Origin: Candidatus Planktophila sp. | GTDB taxonomy: Bacteria; Actinomycetota; Actinomycetes; Nanopelagicales; Nanopelagicaceae | DNA: 64,000 bases | NCBI GenBank assembly: GCA_030649935.1 | Contig: JAUSFN010000031.1 | Coordinates: 6,623-70,622 of the forward strand | Direction of reading: 5' to 3' | Shown here: piece after piece, positions 49,607 to 59,197 of the stretch | Layout of the letters: every line of letters begins with the position of its first letter | Numbering within the stretch: position 1 is the stretch's first letter | Notes under the pieces: generated by a model | What the model saw: only the letters and a program-made list of their open reading frames with translations | Databases searched by the model: none | What the model was told of the DNA's origin: nothing | Translations under genes and position numbers: made by a program

Positions 49607-50080
49607 TTAATGCTTCGCACTTGTACTGCCGGTAACAAAGAGAAGGTGAAACTTTCCAATTTGAATCTCATCTCCAGAGCGAATCTCTATCTCATTTATC
49701 GAAGTGCTATTTAAATAAGTTCCATTCAAAGATCCGCAATCGCGTAAGAAATATCCCAAAGCGCTTTTTTCAATGACCGCATGTGATCTAGATACTGTTA
49801 CATCATTTAGGAATATTCCACTCTTCGGAGATCTCCCAATACTGATGCCATCTTTAGTTATTAGGTAGCGCGAGCCCTTGTTCTCTCCCCGATGAATTAA
49901 AACCATAGCTTTATCACCGGAAGATGATTGAATCTCTTCAATGACGGCGCGATCTACATCCTCTAACGAGGCTATGTACTCTTCAAGAATACCTGCCGGT
50001 GAGAGAATGAACTCTCGTGGAGAAAGATGAAGTGCTGTAGTTAATTCATTTGGTGATTGCTCCACATTCAACCTCCCCAT
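49607..50080 (-). CDS. garA: FHA-domain regulator GarA/OdhI
   Basis: N-terminal Thr-containing tail (ELTTALHLS) and an FHA core IGRSPKSGIFLNDVTVSRSHAVI...LNGTYLN. It lies next to gcvH. Confidence 0.85.
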   Translation of the reverse strand: MGRLNVEQSPNELTTALHLSPREFILSPAGILEEYIASLEDVDRAVIEEIQSSSGDKAMVLIHRGENKGSRYLITKDGISIGRSPKSGIFLNDVTVSRSHAVIEKSALGYFLRDCGSLNGTYLNSTSINEIEIRSGDEIQIGKFHLLFVTGSTSAKH

Positions 50081-50128
50081 TTTTCACTCTCAACCTAAGG
50101 CTGAGATTAAAGGGGTATTGCGCTTTGG

Positions 50129-50503
50129 TCAAGCCGTTAGTTCAGAGTAATCCTTTGCGCTCAGTAAATCTGAAGGAGTAGTGCTCACTTCAATTTTTAC
50201 CAACCAACCATCTCCATAAGGATCGGAGTTGATTGATTCAGGCGTATTTGCTAGGGATTCATTTATCTCTGTAACCGTTCCAGTTACCGGCGCAAAAATT
50301 TCAGAGACAGATTTAGTTGATTCAACCTCGCCACATACTTTTCCAGAGTTTACAATTTCTCCTACCTTTGGAAGTTGAACATAGACGATGTCACCGAGAG
50401 CGCCTTGAGCGTAGTCAGTAATTCCCATCGTGTACGTGTTTCCATTCACAGAAACCCATTCATGCTCTTTGGTGTACTGTAAATTTTCAGGAGTTAATGA
50501 CAT
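50129..50503 (-). CDS. gcvH: glycine cleavage system H protein
   Basis: A 124 aa protein with lipoyl-lysine motif VESTKSVSEIFAPVTG. Confidence 0.96.
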   Translation of the reverse strand: MSLTPENLQYTKEHEWVSVNGNTYTMGITDYAQGALGDIVYVQLPKVGEIVNSGKVCGEVESTKSVSEIFAPVTGTVTEINESLANTPESINSDPYGDGWLVKIEVSTTPSDLLSAKDYSELTA

Positions 50504-51059
50504 GTCCGCCTCTTATCTGCGAAATCGCTTCGCGTGCATAACTTATACCTGTAGAAATGTAGAGGGCAATGCCCCAGATAGCAAAGCTCCAGCCTAGGAC
50601 GTAGGCCACATTCCCTAAATAATTTTCACTTTGTGCTAAGAGAATGAATGGAAATGCATACATAAGATTGAAGGTCGCCGCCTTTCCTAAATAAGTCACG
50701 CGTAAAGGTCCATGGGAGTGTTTTTTTAGAATAATAGTTAAAACTCCCAGAACTACATCCCGTGCGATAAGGGCTACAAACATCCACCATGGCACAATCT
50801 CTCGAATTAGAAAGGTAATTAAAATGGCAAGAATATATAGACGGTCTATGGCTGGATCGGCCAACTCACCAAAGCGCGAGGTCTGCCCCCATGCTCTTGC
50901 TAATTTTCCATCAAAATAATCCGTTGCACCTCCGATAGCCAAAACTGCAATTGCCCATGCATCGGCGTGAAGTTCTAAAGTCAGATAGATGAATAGAGGT
51001 ATACCAAGAAAGCGCAGGAGTGTGAGAGCATTTGGAATCGTGATTAAAGAGCTGTTCAT
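50487..51059 (-). CDS. pgsA: CDP-alcohol phosphatidyltransferase (PgsA-like)
   Basis: Motif DYFDGKLAR...GELADPAIDR, matching D-x2-DG-x2-AR...G-x3-D-x3-D. Confidence 0.85.
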   Translation of the reverse strand: MNSSLITIPNALTLLRFLGIPLFIYLTLELHADAWAIAVLAIGGATDYFDGKLARAWGQTSRFGELADPAIDRLYILAILITFLIREIVPWWMFVALIARDVVLGVLTIILKKHSHGPLRVTYLGKAATFNLMYAFPFILLAQSENYLGNVAYVLGWSFAIWGIALYISTGISYAREAISQIRGGHVINS

Positions 51060-51063
51060 TGGC

Positions 51064-53019
51064 TCAGTCGCGCTCTTTTACTCGGATCGCAACTTGGACT
51101 GGGGTGCCTGGAAAACCAAACTCCTCGCGCAATCGGCGCTCAATAAATCGACGATATGAGGCTTCAATCCAGCCACTTGAAAAAACTACAAACTTAGGAG
51201 GGGCAATTCCGGCCTGAGTGGCATAGTAAATTTTCGGCTGTTTGCCACCGCGCACCGGTGGCGGAGTTGCTCCAATGAGTGCACCTAAGAATGAATTCAA
51301 CTTTGCCGTTGGAACACGGCGCTCCCAACTATCTAAAGCGGTACGAATAGCTGGAGCTAAACGATCTCGATGCCAACCAGTCTTGGCTGCAACATTGACA
51401 CGTTGAGCCCACTCAACTTGATCTAAATGTCTATCAACCTCTCGATCTAACTGATCGCGGCGATCCTCATCTACTAAATCCCATTTGTTCATCACAATTA
51501 CCATCGCCTTACCGGCCTCTTCAACCATCGTGATGACTCGTAAATCTTGCTCAGTGATTGGCTCCGATGCATCTAGAACGACAACTGCAACTTCACAGCG
51601 CTCTAGTGCGCTCTGTGTTCGAAGCGAAGCGTAGTAATCAGTACCCGATGCTTGATTGGCTCGTTTCTTCAAACCTGCAGTGTCGATAAATCGCCAGGTC
51701 GATCCACCAAACTCAATTAACTCATCAACTGGATCGCGCGTTGTACCTGCAACTTCATCGACAATTGATCGCTTCTCCCCCGCCAAAGCATTCAGAAGTG
51801 AAGACTTGCCGACGTTAGGGCGTCCAATCAATGCAACTTTTCGATAGCCATCTTGGGTTTGTGCTCCACCGACCTCTGGAAGCTCAGCGACTATACGATC
51901 GAGTAAATCTCCACTGCCTCGACCATGCAGCGCTGATACAAAGTGCGGCTCTCCAAGACCTAAACTCCATAGCCCGTGAGCCTCGCTCTCTTCGCGATCA
52001 CCATCGACTTTATTGCCGATTAATATTAAAGGTTTCTTAGCTTTGCGCAGACGTTGAACTAAGATCTCATCTTCATCTAGCGCTCCAACTTGAGCATCGA
52101 CAACAAAAGCTAAAACATCGGCCTCATCCATTGCAATCTCAGCACCGGCGCTAACTTGAATTGAAATTCCATCGGGCTTAGCCTCCCATCCGCCAGTATC
52201 CATAACAATAAACCGACGTCCACCCCATTCACACTCATACTGAATTCGATCACGTGTTACACCTGGCGTATCTTCAACGATAGCTTCGCGACGACCAATA
52301 AAACGGTTAATTAACGTTGATTTACCTACATTTGGACGACCTAATATTGCAACGATAGGTAGTCCCAGCAAAGAGCGCTGGCGAAGTAACTCCCAGATTC
52401 TCTCAATTGTCTCTTCGATAGAGAGAAGGGTAGAGTCAATCTGAACACTATCTGCTGCCATGACAAATGGTGAGGCTTCGCGCGTTGAATCTGCTATATC
52501 TCGTGAATCTAAGGAGCTTCGAACATCAACATCCTTATCCAGCGTTTCAATCTCTCGTCGCTGCGCCCTCGCATCTAAATCGGCGGTCAAAAAAATTTTT
52601 AACGCAGCATCAGGTGCAACAACCGTTGCAATATCACGACCTTCTACGACGATTCCTTTTTCCGAGCGATCAATGATGGAGCGTTGAATATCGAAAAGCT
52701 CATGGCGAATCTCTGGCATTGCACTGATTCTGCTGACGTTTTCTGTAACTGAGCTTCCGCGAATTGCATGCGTAATCTGAGTATCACCTGCAAATACTTG
52801 TGGATCGAGAGGATTTGATACAAATCGAATTGGATCACGCTTCAGCGCGAGAATAATATCTTGCGCACTTTCTAAATTTTTTTCAAGAGCTAGCCAAGTA
52901 ACGGCTCGGTACAGTGCTCCAGTATCTAAGTAATTCCAGCCTGCACGAACTGCTATCGCACGTGATGTACTTGATTTACCTGCCCCACTTGGGCCATCCA
53001 TTGCAACGACTACGCCCAT
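51064..53019 (-). CDS. der: bifunctional cytidylate kinase / ribosome-associated GTPase Der (EngA)
   Basis: Residues 1 to about 215 are Cmk ([22 protein letters not shown]). Two GTPase domains follow ([15 protein letters not shown]; [15 protein letters not shown]) with a KH-like C-terminus. It is a single uninterrupted ORF. Confidence 0.92.
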   Translation of the reverse strand: MGVVVAMDGPSGAGKSSTSRAIAVRAGWNYLDTGALYRAVTWLALEKNLESAQDIILALKRDPIRFVSNPLDPQVFAGDTQITHAIRGSSVTENVSRISAMPEIRHELFDIQRSIIDRSEKGIVVEGRDIATVVAPDAALKIFLTADLDARAQRREIETLDKDVDVRSSLDSRDIADSTREASPFVMAADSVQIDSTLLSIEETIERIWELLRQRSLLGLPIVAILGRPNVGKSTLINRFIGRREAIVEDTPGVTRDRIQYECEWGGRRFIVMDTGGWEAKPDGISIQVSAGAEIAMDEADVLAFVVDAQVGALDEDEILVQRLRKAKKPLILIGNKVDGDREESEAHGLWSLGLGEPHFVSALHGRGSGDLLDRIVAELPEVGGAQTQDGYRKVALIGRPNVGKSSLLNALAGEKRSIVDEVAGTTRDPVDELIEFGGSTWRFIDTAGLKKRANQASGTDYYASLRTQSALERCEVAVVVLDASEPITEQDLRVITMVEEAGKAMVIVMNKWDLVDEDRRDQLDREVDRHLDQVEWAQRVNVAAKTGWHRDRLAPAIRTALDSWERRVPTAKLNSFLGALIGATPPPVRGGKQPKIYYATQAGIAPPKFVVFSSGWIEASYRRFIERRLREEFGFPGTPVQVAIRVKERD

Positions 53020-53034
53020 GCGATGAGCCTACTT

Positions 53035-54087
53035 CTATTTCAGAATCGGATGAACATTCCATCCGATCGCACTTAGATGGTTGGAGAGAGAGTCTGCATC
53101 ATGTGATGAGAGTGCAAGAGTTATGAGCGCACTTTGTTGTCCAGGTGAGTGTTCTATATTTAAATCTTCCACGTTAACTGCAATTGCTGCACACTCATTA
53201 AATATCGCGGCTAACTGCCCAGGTTTATCATCGATAACAATCGGTAGATATGTATATTCGCGAGCCTTGCCTCCATGTTTGCCTGGAATACGTGAACGTT
53301 CAAATCGCCCCTTTTCAATAAAGGAGGCGATAGAAGTTTTACTCTCTAAATTTTCGAGCAGCTCTCCAAGTTCGTGATGCATGCCTTGTACTAGTTCGAC
53401 AATCTGATCTCTATTTGAATAAATTATCTCGCTCCACAATTTCGGATCAGAGGCTGCTATTCGTGTGGTATCTCGAAGCCCCGCGCCAGCTAAATCCAGC
53501 CACTCTGCCGGTACGCTTTCAAGAGAGTGTGCTAAAAGCGTTGACGTAATTTGTGGCAGATGCGAGATTGCAGCGACCGCTCGATCATGCTCTTCGGCGG
53601 GCAAAACAACCGCGCTCGCGCCAACCAGAGCTATCAGCTCACGAACGATCTCCTCTGACTCGGCAGAGCATTCAGAGGTCGGAGTGATTATCCAGCTTCT
53701 GGTTGTGAAGAGATCTGCGCGCGCCGAGTGTGCACCACCAACCTCACGTCCGGCCATGGGATGGGTTGGAACAAAACGTGACAAAGGCAGACTGGAATTC
53801 TTAATATGAACTATAGGTTCAGTTTTAATACTACCTACATCCATAAAGGTTGAGTTGGGGTTTAAAAGAAACTCTGGTTCTATGACTAGGGGAATCACCT
53901 CTGTCGGAACTGCTAAGACTACAATCTCTGGAGCATCAAGTTTTTTACCCTGCGCTAAATCATTGGCAAGGGCGGCCGCCCTTTCGTTACTATCAATTAA
54001 TTCAACGCTAACCCCTCGTGCGGTGAGGGCTAAAGCTATAGATGTGCCAATTAATCCTGCACCAACTATACGTACTTGGGAGAGCAT
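53035..54087 (-). CDS. tyrA: prephenate dehydrogenase with C-terminal ACT domain
   Basis: Rossmann motif VRIVGAGLIGTSIALAL, HPMAGRE, and a C-terminal ACT-like region of about 70 aa. Confidence 0.88.
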   Translation of the reverse strand: MLSQVRIVGAGLIGTSIALALTARGVSVELIDSNERAAALANDLAQGKKLDAPEIVVLAVPTEVIPLVIEPEFLLNPNSTFMDVGSIKTEPIVHIKNSSLPLSRFVPTHPMAGREVGGAHSARADLFTTRSWIITPTSECSAESEEIVRELIALVGASAVVLPAEEHDRAVAAISHLPQITSTLLAHSLESVPAEWLDLAGAGLRDTTRIAASDPKLWSEIIYSNRDQIVELVQGMHHELGELLENLESKTSIASFIEKGRFERSRIPGKHGGKAREYTYLPIVIDDKPGQLAAIFNECAAIAVNVEDLNIEHSPGQQSALITLALSSHDADSLSNHLSAIGWNVHPILK

Positions 54088-54449
54088 TACTGCGCGATAT
54101 CTCGGCGTAGAGACTGCGCTGCATGAAGATAAACGTGGCTAATCTGTTCTGGAACCAAGCTACTTTCAGCGTGGAGCATGACACGGATCGTTCGTTCGAG
54201 AGCGCCCGGAACATCGACCTCTACTGCACCAATTAAAGGGACGGCTTCAAAACCGATCTCTCTGCAGGCCGCTGCGGGAAAGGCGGCCGTCAAATCTGGT
54301 GTCGATGTGAAAATTACTGAAATCACTGAACTAGGGGTAAGTGAGTTAGCGCGCATAATCGCGGCGATGAGCTCCTTAACTCCATCGCTTATAGCTTCAA
54401 CGCTGTTTGCACTGATTTGAGTCGCACCACGCACCGCTCGCACTGACAT
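54087..54449 (-). CDS. aroH: chorismate mutase, AroH class
   Basis: A 120 aa protein starting MSVRAVRGATQ, with FTSTPDLTAAFPA. Confidence 0.85.
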   Translation of the reverse strand: MSVRAVRGATQISANSVEAISDGVKELIAAIMRANSLTPSSVISVIFTSTPDLTAAFPAAACREIGFEAVPLIGAVEVDVPGALERTIRVMLHAESSLVPEQISHVYLHAAQSLRRDIAQ

Positions 54450-54499
54450 GGGATAAGGGTACCTTTCATCTCTACTTTTCGTGGAAGTTTTAGACTCAA

Positions 54500-54719
54500 T
54501 AAAGTGCCTAGTAACTTTGTCGATATAACTGTTTTACTACTTTTGAAATCGGCTCTAGCCGATAGAGAAAAATCTTAACGATTTTGGTAATTATCGACAT
54601 ATTAATATTACATACGCTCGGCTCCCGCTTTTAAAGTCGATATATCGGTTAACCAAAGTCTTAATATCGATATATCCATATGTCGCTATGTTCATTTATG
54701 TTGATTTGTCGTTATATCT
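54500..54719. promoter_or_regulatory. AT-rich intergenic array of TGTCGNTAT-type motifs and palindromes
   Basis: TGTCGATAT at 54518-54526; TGTCGATAA on the minus strand at 54591-54599; AGTCGATAT at 54635-54643 within palindrome CGATATATCG (54638-54647); palindrome ATATCGATAT at 54664-54673; TGTCGCTAT at 54681-54689; TGTCGTTAT at 54707-54715; inverted repeat ATCGGCT-CT-AGCCGAT at 54548-54563. Confidence 0.5.
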
Positions 54720-55433
54720 CTATAGCCCTAAGACGTTTCGTAGATTTGTCAATTCACCTAAGTTCAAATCCCTCCATCTCCCCTCAGGGGTATCCCCGAG
54801 TGAGATTGGACCAAAGCGTGTCCGGATCAACCGCAACACATCAACATCGACTGCCTCCATAAGACGGCGAATAATGTGATACCGACCTTCGTGGATCGTC
54901 ACCTCAATCCATCTGGCAGAGAGCTCTTTAAACTCTAAAACTCGACCCATTCCATCCTCTAGCTCAACCCCTTTGAGAAGAGTTTTGTCGACTCCACTTG
55001 GCAGTTTTCCGTCGTATTCAATAATGTAGCTCTTTTCCAATCCAAAGGATGGATGTGTGGCTCTAAATGTTAAATCTCCGTCATTAGTTAAAAGAATGAG
55101 ACCCTCAGAATCTTTATCTAGGCGTCCAACATGAAATAAGCGCTCCCGTCGAAGATCTATAAAATCACTCAGTGAGGGGCGTCCATCCGGGTCGTACATG
55201 GTAGACAAAACGCCTTTAGGTTTATGAAGAGCCAAGTAACTCTTAGTCAATGAACGTTTAATTGTCTCACCGTCAACTGCTACTTCAACCTTTTCTGGGT
55301 CGAACTTAGAGCCCATTGTCCTCATTGCAATACCATCGACTGTAACTCGCCCAGACTCTATGAGCTCATCTGCACCGCGACGACTTGTGATACCTGCATC
55401 AGCGATGATCTTATTAAGGCGCATCTCGCCCAT
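54720..55433 (-). CDS. rluB: 23S rRNA pseudouridine synthase RluB-type (RsuA/RluB family)
   Basis: S4 domain (RLNKIIADAGITSRRGADELI) and catalytic motif HVGRLDKDSEGLILLTNDG. Confidence 0.9.
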   Translation of the reverse strand: MGEMRLNKIIADAGITSRRGADELIESGRVTVDGIAMRTMGSKFDPEKVEVAVDGETIKRSLTKSYLALHKPKGVLSTMYDPDGRPSLSDFIDLRRERLFHVGRLDKDSEGLILLTNDGDLTFRATHPSFGLEKSYIIEYDGKLPSGVDKTLLKGVELEDGMGRVLEFKELSARWIEVTIHEGRYHIIRRLMEAVDVDVLRLIRTRFGPISLGDTPEGRWRDLNLGELTNLRNVLGL

Positions 55434-55473
55434 GGCTGTCTCCCGACTGTCGATGCCAAGAGTAGCGGGATAT

Positions 55474-56025
55474 CTACTCTGTTAGCGAATCGAGGATATC
55501 GTCTAACGCCTCAAGATTTGGCAGGTATGGTGCTAAAGCTGGCAGATCATCGAGTGAGTTCAAACCCAATCGCTCAAGAAAAAAGCTAGTCGTTGTATAT
55601 AAAATCGCGCCAGTTTCATGTTCTAGGCCTGACTCTTCGACTAAACCCCTGGTTATAAGCGTCTTCATTACCGCCTCCACGTTTACTCCTCGTATAGCAG
55701 AGACCCTTGCACGAGAGACTGGCTGGCGATAGGCGACCACTGAAAGCGTCTCAAGGGCGGCCTGGGTTAGGCGAGACTGTTGACCATCGAGTACAAATCG
55801 CTCAACTACACCGGCTAGATCTGGGTGGCTATAGAAGCGCCATCCCCCACCAATCTTCTTTAAGGCAAAGCCGCGGTTCTCATAGCTCTGGCAAAGCCTA
55901 GATAGCGCCGCCTCAATCTGATCAACAGTACATTCAAGAACTTGGGCCAAAGTGAGCTCAGTAACGGGTTCATCAACGACCATCAAGATCGCTTCGATTG
56001 AACGTTCAACTTCACCATTAGACAT
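55474..56025 (-). CDS. scpB: segregation and condensation protein B
   Basis: SIEAILMVVDEPV...GGGWRF...LETLSVVAYRQPVSRARVSAIRGV. ATG 56025 overlaps the scpA stop by 8 nt. Confidence 0.92.
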   Translation of the reverse strand: MSNGEVERSIEAILMVVDEPVTELTLAQVLECTVDQIEAALSRLCQSYENRGFALKKIGGGWRFYSHPDLAGVVERFVLDGQQSRLTQAALETLSVVAYRQPVSRARVSAIRGVNVEAVMKTLITRGLVEESGLEHETGAILYTTTSFFLERLGLNSLDDLPALAPYLPNLEALDDILDSLTE

Positions 56026-56893
56026 TTTCACTACTTTCCGACTCTTCATCTAGATCAAGAACAACTGGAATATCAAACTCATCACTCACTTCAACCTCAC
56101 CAGATAGCGAGCCGGTCCACGAAATCTGCAGTTCACCTAGAGCCACTACCTGGTTAAAGCGTAAAACACCCTGGCGATAAAGATCTAGGAGTGCTAAAAA
56201 GCGGGCAACAACGACTGTCATATTATCGGTATCGGCGATGAGAGTTCTGAAAGAGAGTGTATGTGAGCGCCTCAAAGCCTCTACTACACCTTTAGACTCT
56301 TCGGCGACGTTGACTACCGTATGGTGCAGATGCGCAACGCTTACGACCGGTGCGCTCTTTGGAGTAAGTACACGCTCTGCAATAGCGGCAAATCGAGAGG
56401 CGCCGACGCCGATTAATACCTCGGGCAGCAAGGCGCTCAAAGCAGGTTCTAGGGCGACAACTCGAGCAAATGACTTATCGGCCAGGGCTATACGCTGCGC
56501 AAAAGTTGAAGCGATCTCTTTAAATGCGCGATATTGAAGAAGGCGAGCAAAGAGAATATCTCTCGCCTCTAAAAGAGCTAGATCCTCTTCATCATCGATC
56601 TCACCGCTTGGCAGTAGTCTGGCAGCTTTAAGGTCGAGAAGCGTCGCTGCAACCACAAGAAACTCAGTGGCCTGGTCTAAGCGCCATCCCTCTCCGCTGA
56701 GTTCGAGGTTGCGAATAAATGAGATGAACTCATCGGTGACGATGCTCAAAGAGATTTCAGTGATATCCATTGTGTGGCGTGAAATCAACTGGAGCAAGAG
56801 ATCGAAAGGGCCATCGAAGTTTTCAAGATGAACCGAAAAAGCCGCGCTGCTAGCGGCATTCACATCGGTTGACTCATCCATTGAAATTTCCAT
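56018..56893 (-). CDS. scpA: segregation and condensation protein A (kleisin)
   Basis: LENFDGPFDLLLQLI, with an acidic C-terminal tail. An alternative ATG start is at 56881. Confidence 0.92.
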   Translation of the reverse strand: MEISMDESTDVNAASSAAFSVHLENFDGPFDLLLQLISRHTMDITEISLSIVTDEFISFIRNLELSGEGWRLDQATEFLVVAATLLDLKAARLLPSGEIDDEEDLALLEARDILFARLLQYRAFKEIASTFAQRIALADKSFARVVALEPALSALLPEVLIGVGASRFAAIAERVLTPKSAPVVSVAHLHHTVVNVAEESKGVVEALRRSHTLSFRTLIADTDNMTVVVARFLALLDLYRQGVLRFNQVVALGELQISWTGSLSGEVEVSDEFDIPVVLDLDEESESSENV

Positions 56894-56972
56894 AGAGGCA
56901 CCCTACTTCACAGTTGCCCCAACTCTGTGTAAGGCGTAGGCTCCGGCAAATATCAAGAAAGAGGTTTGACGT

Positions 56973-57857
56973 TTGAGCGCTAAATCGACAATTCGAGAAG
57001 AGATCTCCACTACCTCAACGCTTCTAGGTAAAAAAGCGCTGAACTTTCCCATTCCAACCGCGATTAGCGATCATGGAGGCGCGAAAGTTATAGCTGTCTT
57101 TAATCAAAAAGGTGGCGTCGGAAAGACTACGACAACCATCAATCTAGGGGCGGCTTTGGCTGAGTTTGGTCGACGAGTGCTGCTCGTTGATTTTGACCCA
57201 CAGGGCGGCTTATCCCTTGGTCTCGGTGTTAATGCACACTCTCTTCCACTAGAGCAGACCGTGTACTACGCACTTATGACCCCAACAGCTGCAATAGATA
57301 CGATTATTTTGAAATCCTCAGTCGCAGGTCTGGATTTTTTACCAGCTAACCGCGATCTTGGAACTGCCGAAACAACACTCGGCGCTGAAATCGGTGGACA
57401 GCAGTATTTAAAACGCGCCTTAACATCGCTACGCGATTACTACGATGTTATTTTAATCGACTGTCAACCAACCATGGGCCAGTTAACTATCAACGCACTC
57501 GTTGCAGCCGATGAGGTTATCGTGCCACTTCAATGCGAGTACTTTGCCCTTCATGGGTTTATTGAACTCAAAGGAAATCTAGATAAAGTTAAGACTTTTC
57601 TCAATCCAAATCTGACTCTCATCGGAATTCTCGCAACAATGTACGACAAAAAAACTTCGCATAATCGCCAGGTTCTCGAAAGAATTCTTGAGCAGTTCCC
57701 TGCCGATGTCTTTGAAACAATCATTGCAAAGACGATTCGTTTTCCAGAAACAACGGTCGTCGGGGAGCCGATTACGACATATGCCTCATCATCTGATGGC
57801 GCTGCATCGTACCGACGACTAGCACGTGAACTAATATTCCGAGGAGGTGCACGATGA
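56973..57857 (+). CDS. ParA/Soj-family ATPase (PldP-like orphan ParA)
   Basis: Deviant Walker A NQKGGVGKTTTTINL and IDCQP. It is divergent from scpA. Apparent TTG start. Confidence 0.85.
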   Translation: MSAKSTIREEISTTSTLLGKKALNFPIPTAISDHGGAKVIAVFNQKGGVGKTTTTINLGAALAEFGRRVLLVDFDPQGGLSLGLGVNAHSLPLEQTVYYALMTPTAAIDTIILKSSVAGLDFLPANRDLGTAETTLGAEIGGQQYLKRALTSLRDYYDVILIDCQPTMGQLTINALVAADEVIVPLQCEYFALHGFIELKGNLDKVKTFLNPNLTLIGILATMYDKKTSHNRQVLERILEQFPADVFETIIAKTIRFPETTVVGEPITTYASSSDGAASYRRLARELIFRGGAR

Positions 57858-58264
57858 CCCGCAGAGCAAATCTTCCAGGTGCCGATGAGCTTTTTCGCTC
57901 AACAACCCCTGCTTTAACATCAGTACCCACATCTAGTGAGGTCGGCACACCACTTGTGCCACCCACTATCGCCACTCCAAAAGCACCTTCGGTAAATAAA
58001 GGCGTGCGCTCGATAGCCAGACGGCGAGTAACAACTGTTGATCGCTCCCCTTCAGGCCGCGAACGCCATGATGAAAAAATTACCGTCTATCTATCTCCCG
58101 ATGAGCTTTTTGATTTAGATCAAGCACGTTTACTGTTGCGTGGAGATTTAGGTTTAGCTGCCGATCGCGGAAGAATAGTTCGCGAATCCATTGCAGTCAT
58201 TATCGCCGATCTTGAAGCAAAGGGTGATCAAAGTATTTTAGCTCGCAGACTTCGAGGTCTATAA
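57854..58264 (+). CDS. small basic protein with predicted C-terminal ribbon-helix-helix, translationally coupled to the ParA-like gene
   Basis: ATGA overlap with the ParA-like stop. The N-terminal half is Pro/Thr/Arg-rich and looks disordered. The C-terminus KITVYLSPDELFDLDQARLLLRG...GRIVRESIAVIIADL fits a beta-alpha-alpha RHH pattern (my inference). Confidence 0.6.
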   Translation: MTRRANLPGADELFRSTTPALTSVPTSSEVGTPLVPPTIATPKAPSVNKGVRSIARRRVTTVDRSPSGRERHDEKITVYLSPDELFDLDQARLLLRGDLGLAADRGRIVRESIAVIIADLEAKGDQSILARRLRGL

Positions 58265-58273
58265 ATACATCAC

Positions 58274-59197
58274 TTATGCGCGAGGATGCGCCATTGCATA
58301 ACTCTCTCGCACTCTATCGATCGTAATCAATGTATAAATCTGCGTTGTAGTCACTGATGCATGACCTAGCAGTTCTTGAACTACACGGATATCTGCACCT
58401 CCATCTAAGAGATGCGTGGCGTATGAGTGTCTAAAGACATGCGGCGTAACTTTTTGGGTAATTCCCGCCGACTCTGCCGCTTTTAATACAATATTCCACG
58501 CCGATTGCCTAGTAATGCGTCCTCCACGTGAGTTTAGAAAGAGCGCTGAGTTAGCCTTTGAGCTCTTTGCAGCGAGCTCTGGACGAATTCGTGTTTTGTA
58601 CTCATCTATGGCTTTAGTTGCAAAAGCACCTAAAGGAACAACTCTCTCTTTTCCTCCTTTTCCACGGAGTTTGAGCGTAGTGATTTCGCCCTCTGCACTT
58701 TCTACTAAAGAGATATCACCTACATTGATTCCGATGAGTTCACTTACTCGCGCACCGCTGCTATAGAGAAGTTCGACCATTGTTTGATCGCGCAGAGTCA
58801 TTGGCTGACCTTCATGCAAGGCTGCAGCGATTAATTTAACAATATCCTCAACACTGAGAGCCTTTGGAAGCCTTCTTGCCGCTTTACTACTTTCAATCTC
58901 CAGCGTCGGGTCGGCAAAACCATGCTCTAACTGCAGATATTTAAAAAAGCTACGAAGCGTTGATTCAATTCGATTGATACTTGCCGCGGCGAGTTTGGCG
59001 CCTTTCAAATCCGCAATGAACTCGGTGATCTTCATCGAATCAATAACTTCGACATCGCGTGAACTTAAGAAGTCCGAGAGTTTACTTAAATCACGGCGAT
59101 ATGCCGCAACTGAGTTAGCGGCTAATCCTCGCTCAATCGAAACGTGATTGAGAAATGACTGCGCTAGTGAATCAAAATTTAACGTATTCATACCCAT
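58274..59197 (-). CDS. xerD: tyrosine recombinase XerD
   Basis: SAM-like N-domain and catalytic region RHSYATHLLDGGADIRVVQELLGHASVTTTQIYT. An alternative ATG start is at 59191. Confidence 0.9.
   Translation of the reverse strand: MGMNTLNFDSLAQSFLNHVSIERGLAANSVAAYRRDLSKLSDFLSSRDVEVIDSMKITEFIADLKGAKLAAASINRIESTLRSFFKYLQLEHGFADPTLEIESSKAARRLPKALSVEDIVKLIAAALHEGQPMTLRDQTMVELLYSSGARVSELIGINVGDISLVESAEGEITTLKLRGKGGKERVVPLGAFATKAIDEYKTRIRPELAAKSSKANSALFLNSRGGRITRQSAWNIVLKAAESAGITQKVTPHVFRHSYATHLLDGGADIRVVQELLGHASVTTTQIYTLITIDRVRESYAMAHPRA

Noticed and set aside
54588-54625. A second dif-like candidate (TTATCGACATATTAATATTACATACG) inside the AT-rich spacer.
   Set aside because: Neither arm matches a TTATGT-type XerD arm at the correct 11-6-11 spacing. 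The 44817-44844 site is far better and sits at the strand switch.
54500-54719. Similarity of the TGTCG-containing motifs to the PafBC/RecA-NDp promoter (remembered as tTGTCRgtg-N8-TAnnnT) or to DnaA boxes (TTGTCCACA).
   Set aside because: Only the TGTCG core matches. The one copy with correct N8-TAnnnT spacing (54680-54705) points antisense into rluB. DnaA-box similarity is limited to 5-6 of 9 positions, and the terminus-proximal location argues against an origin.
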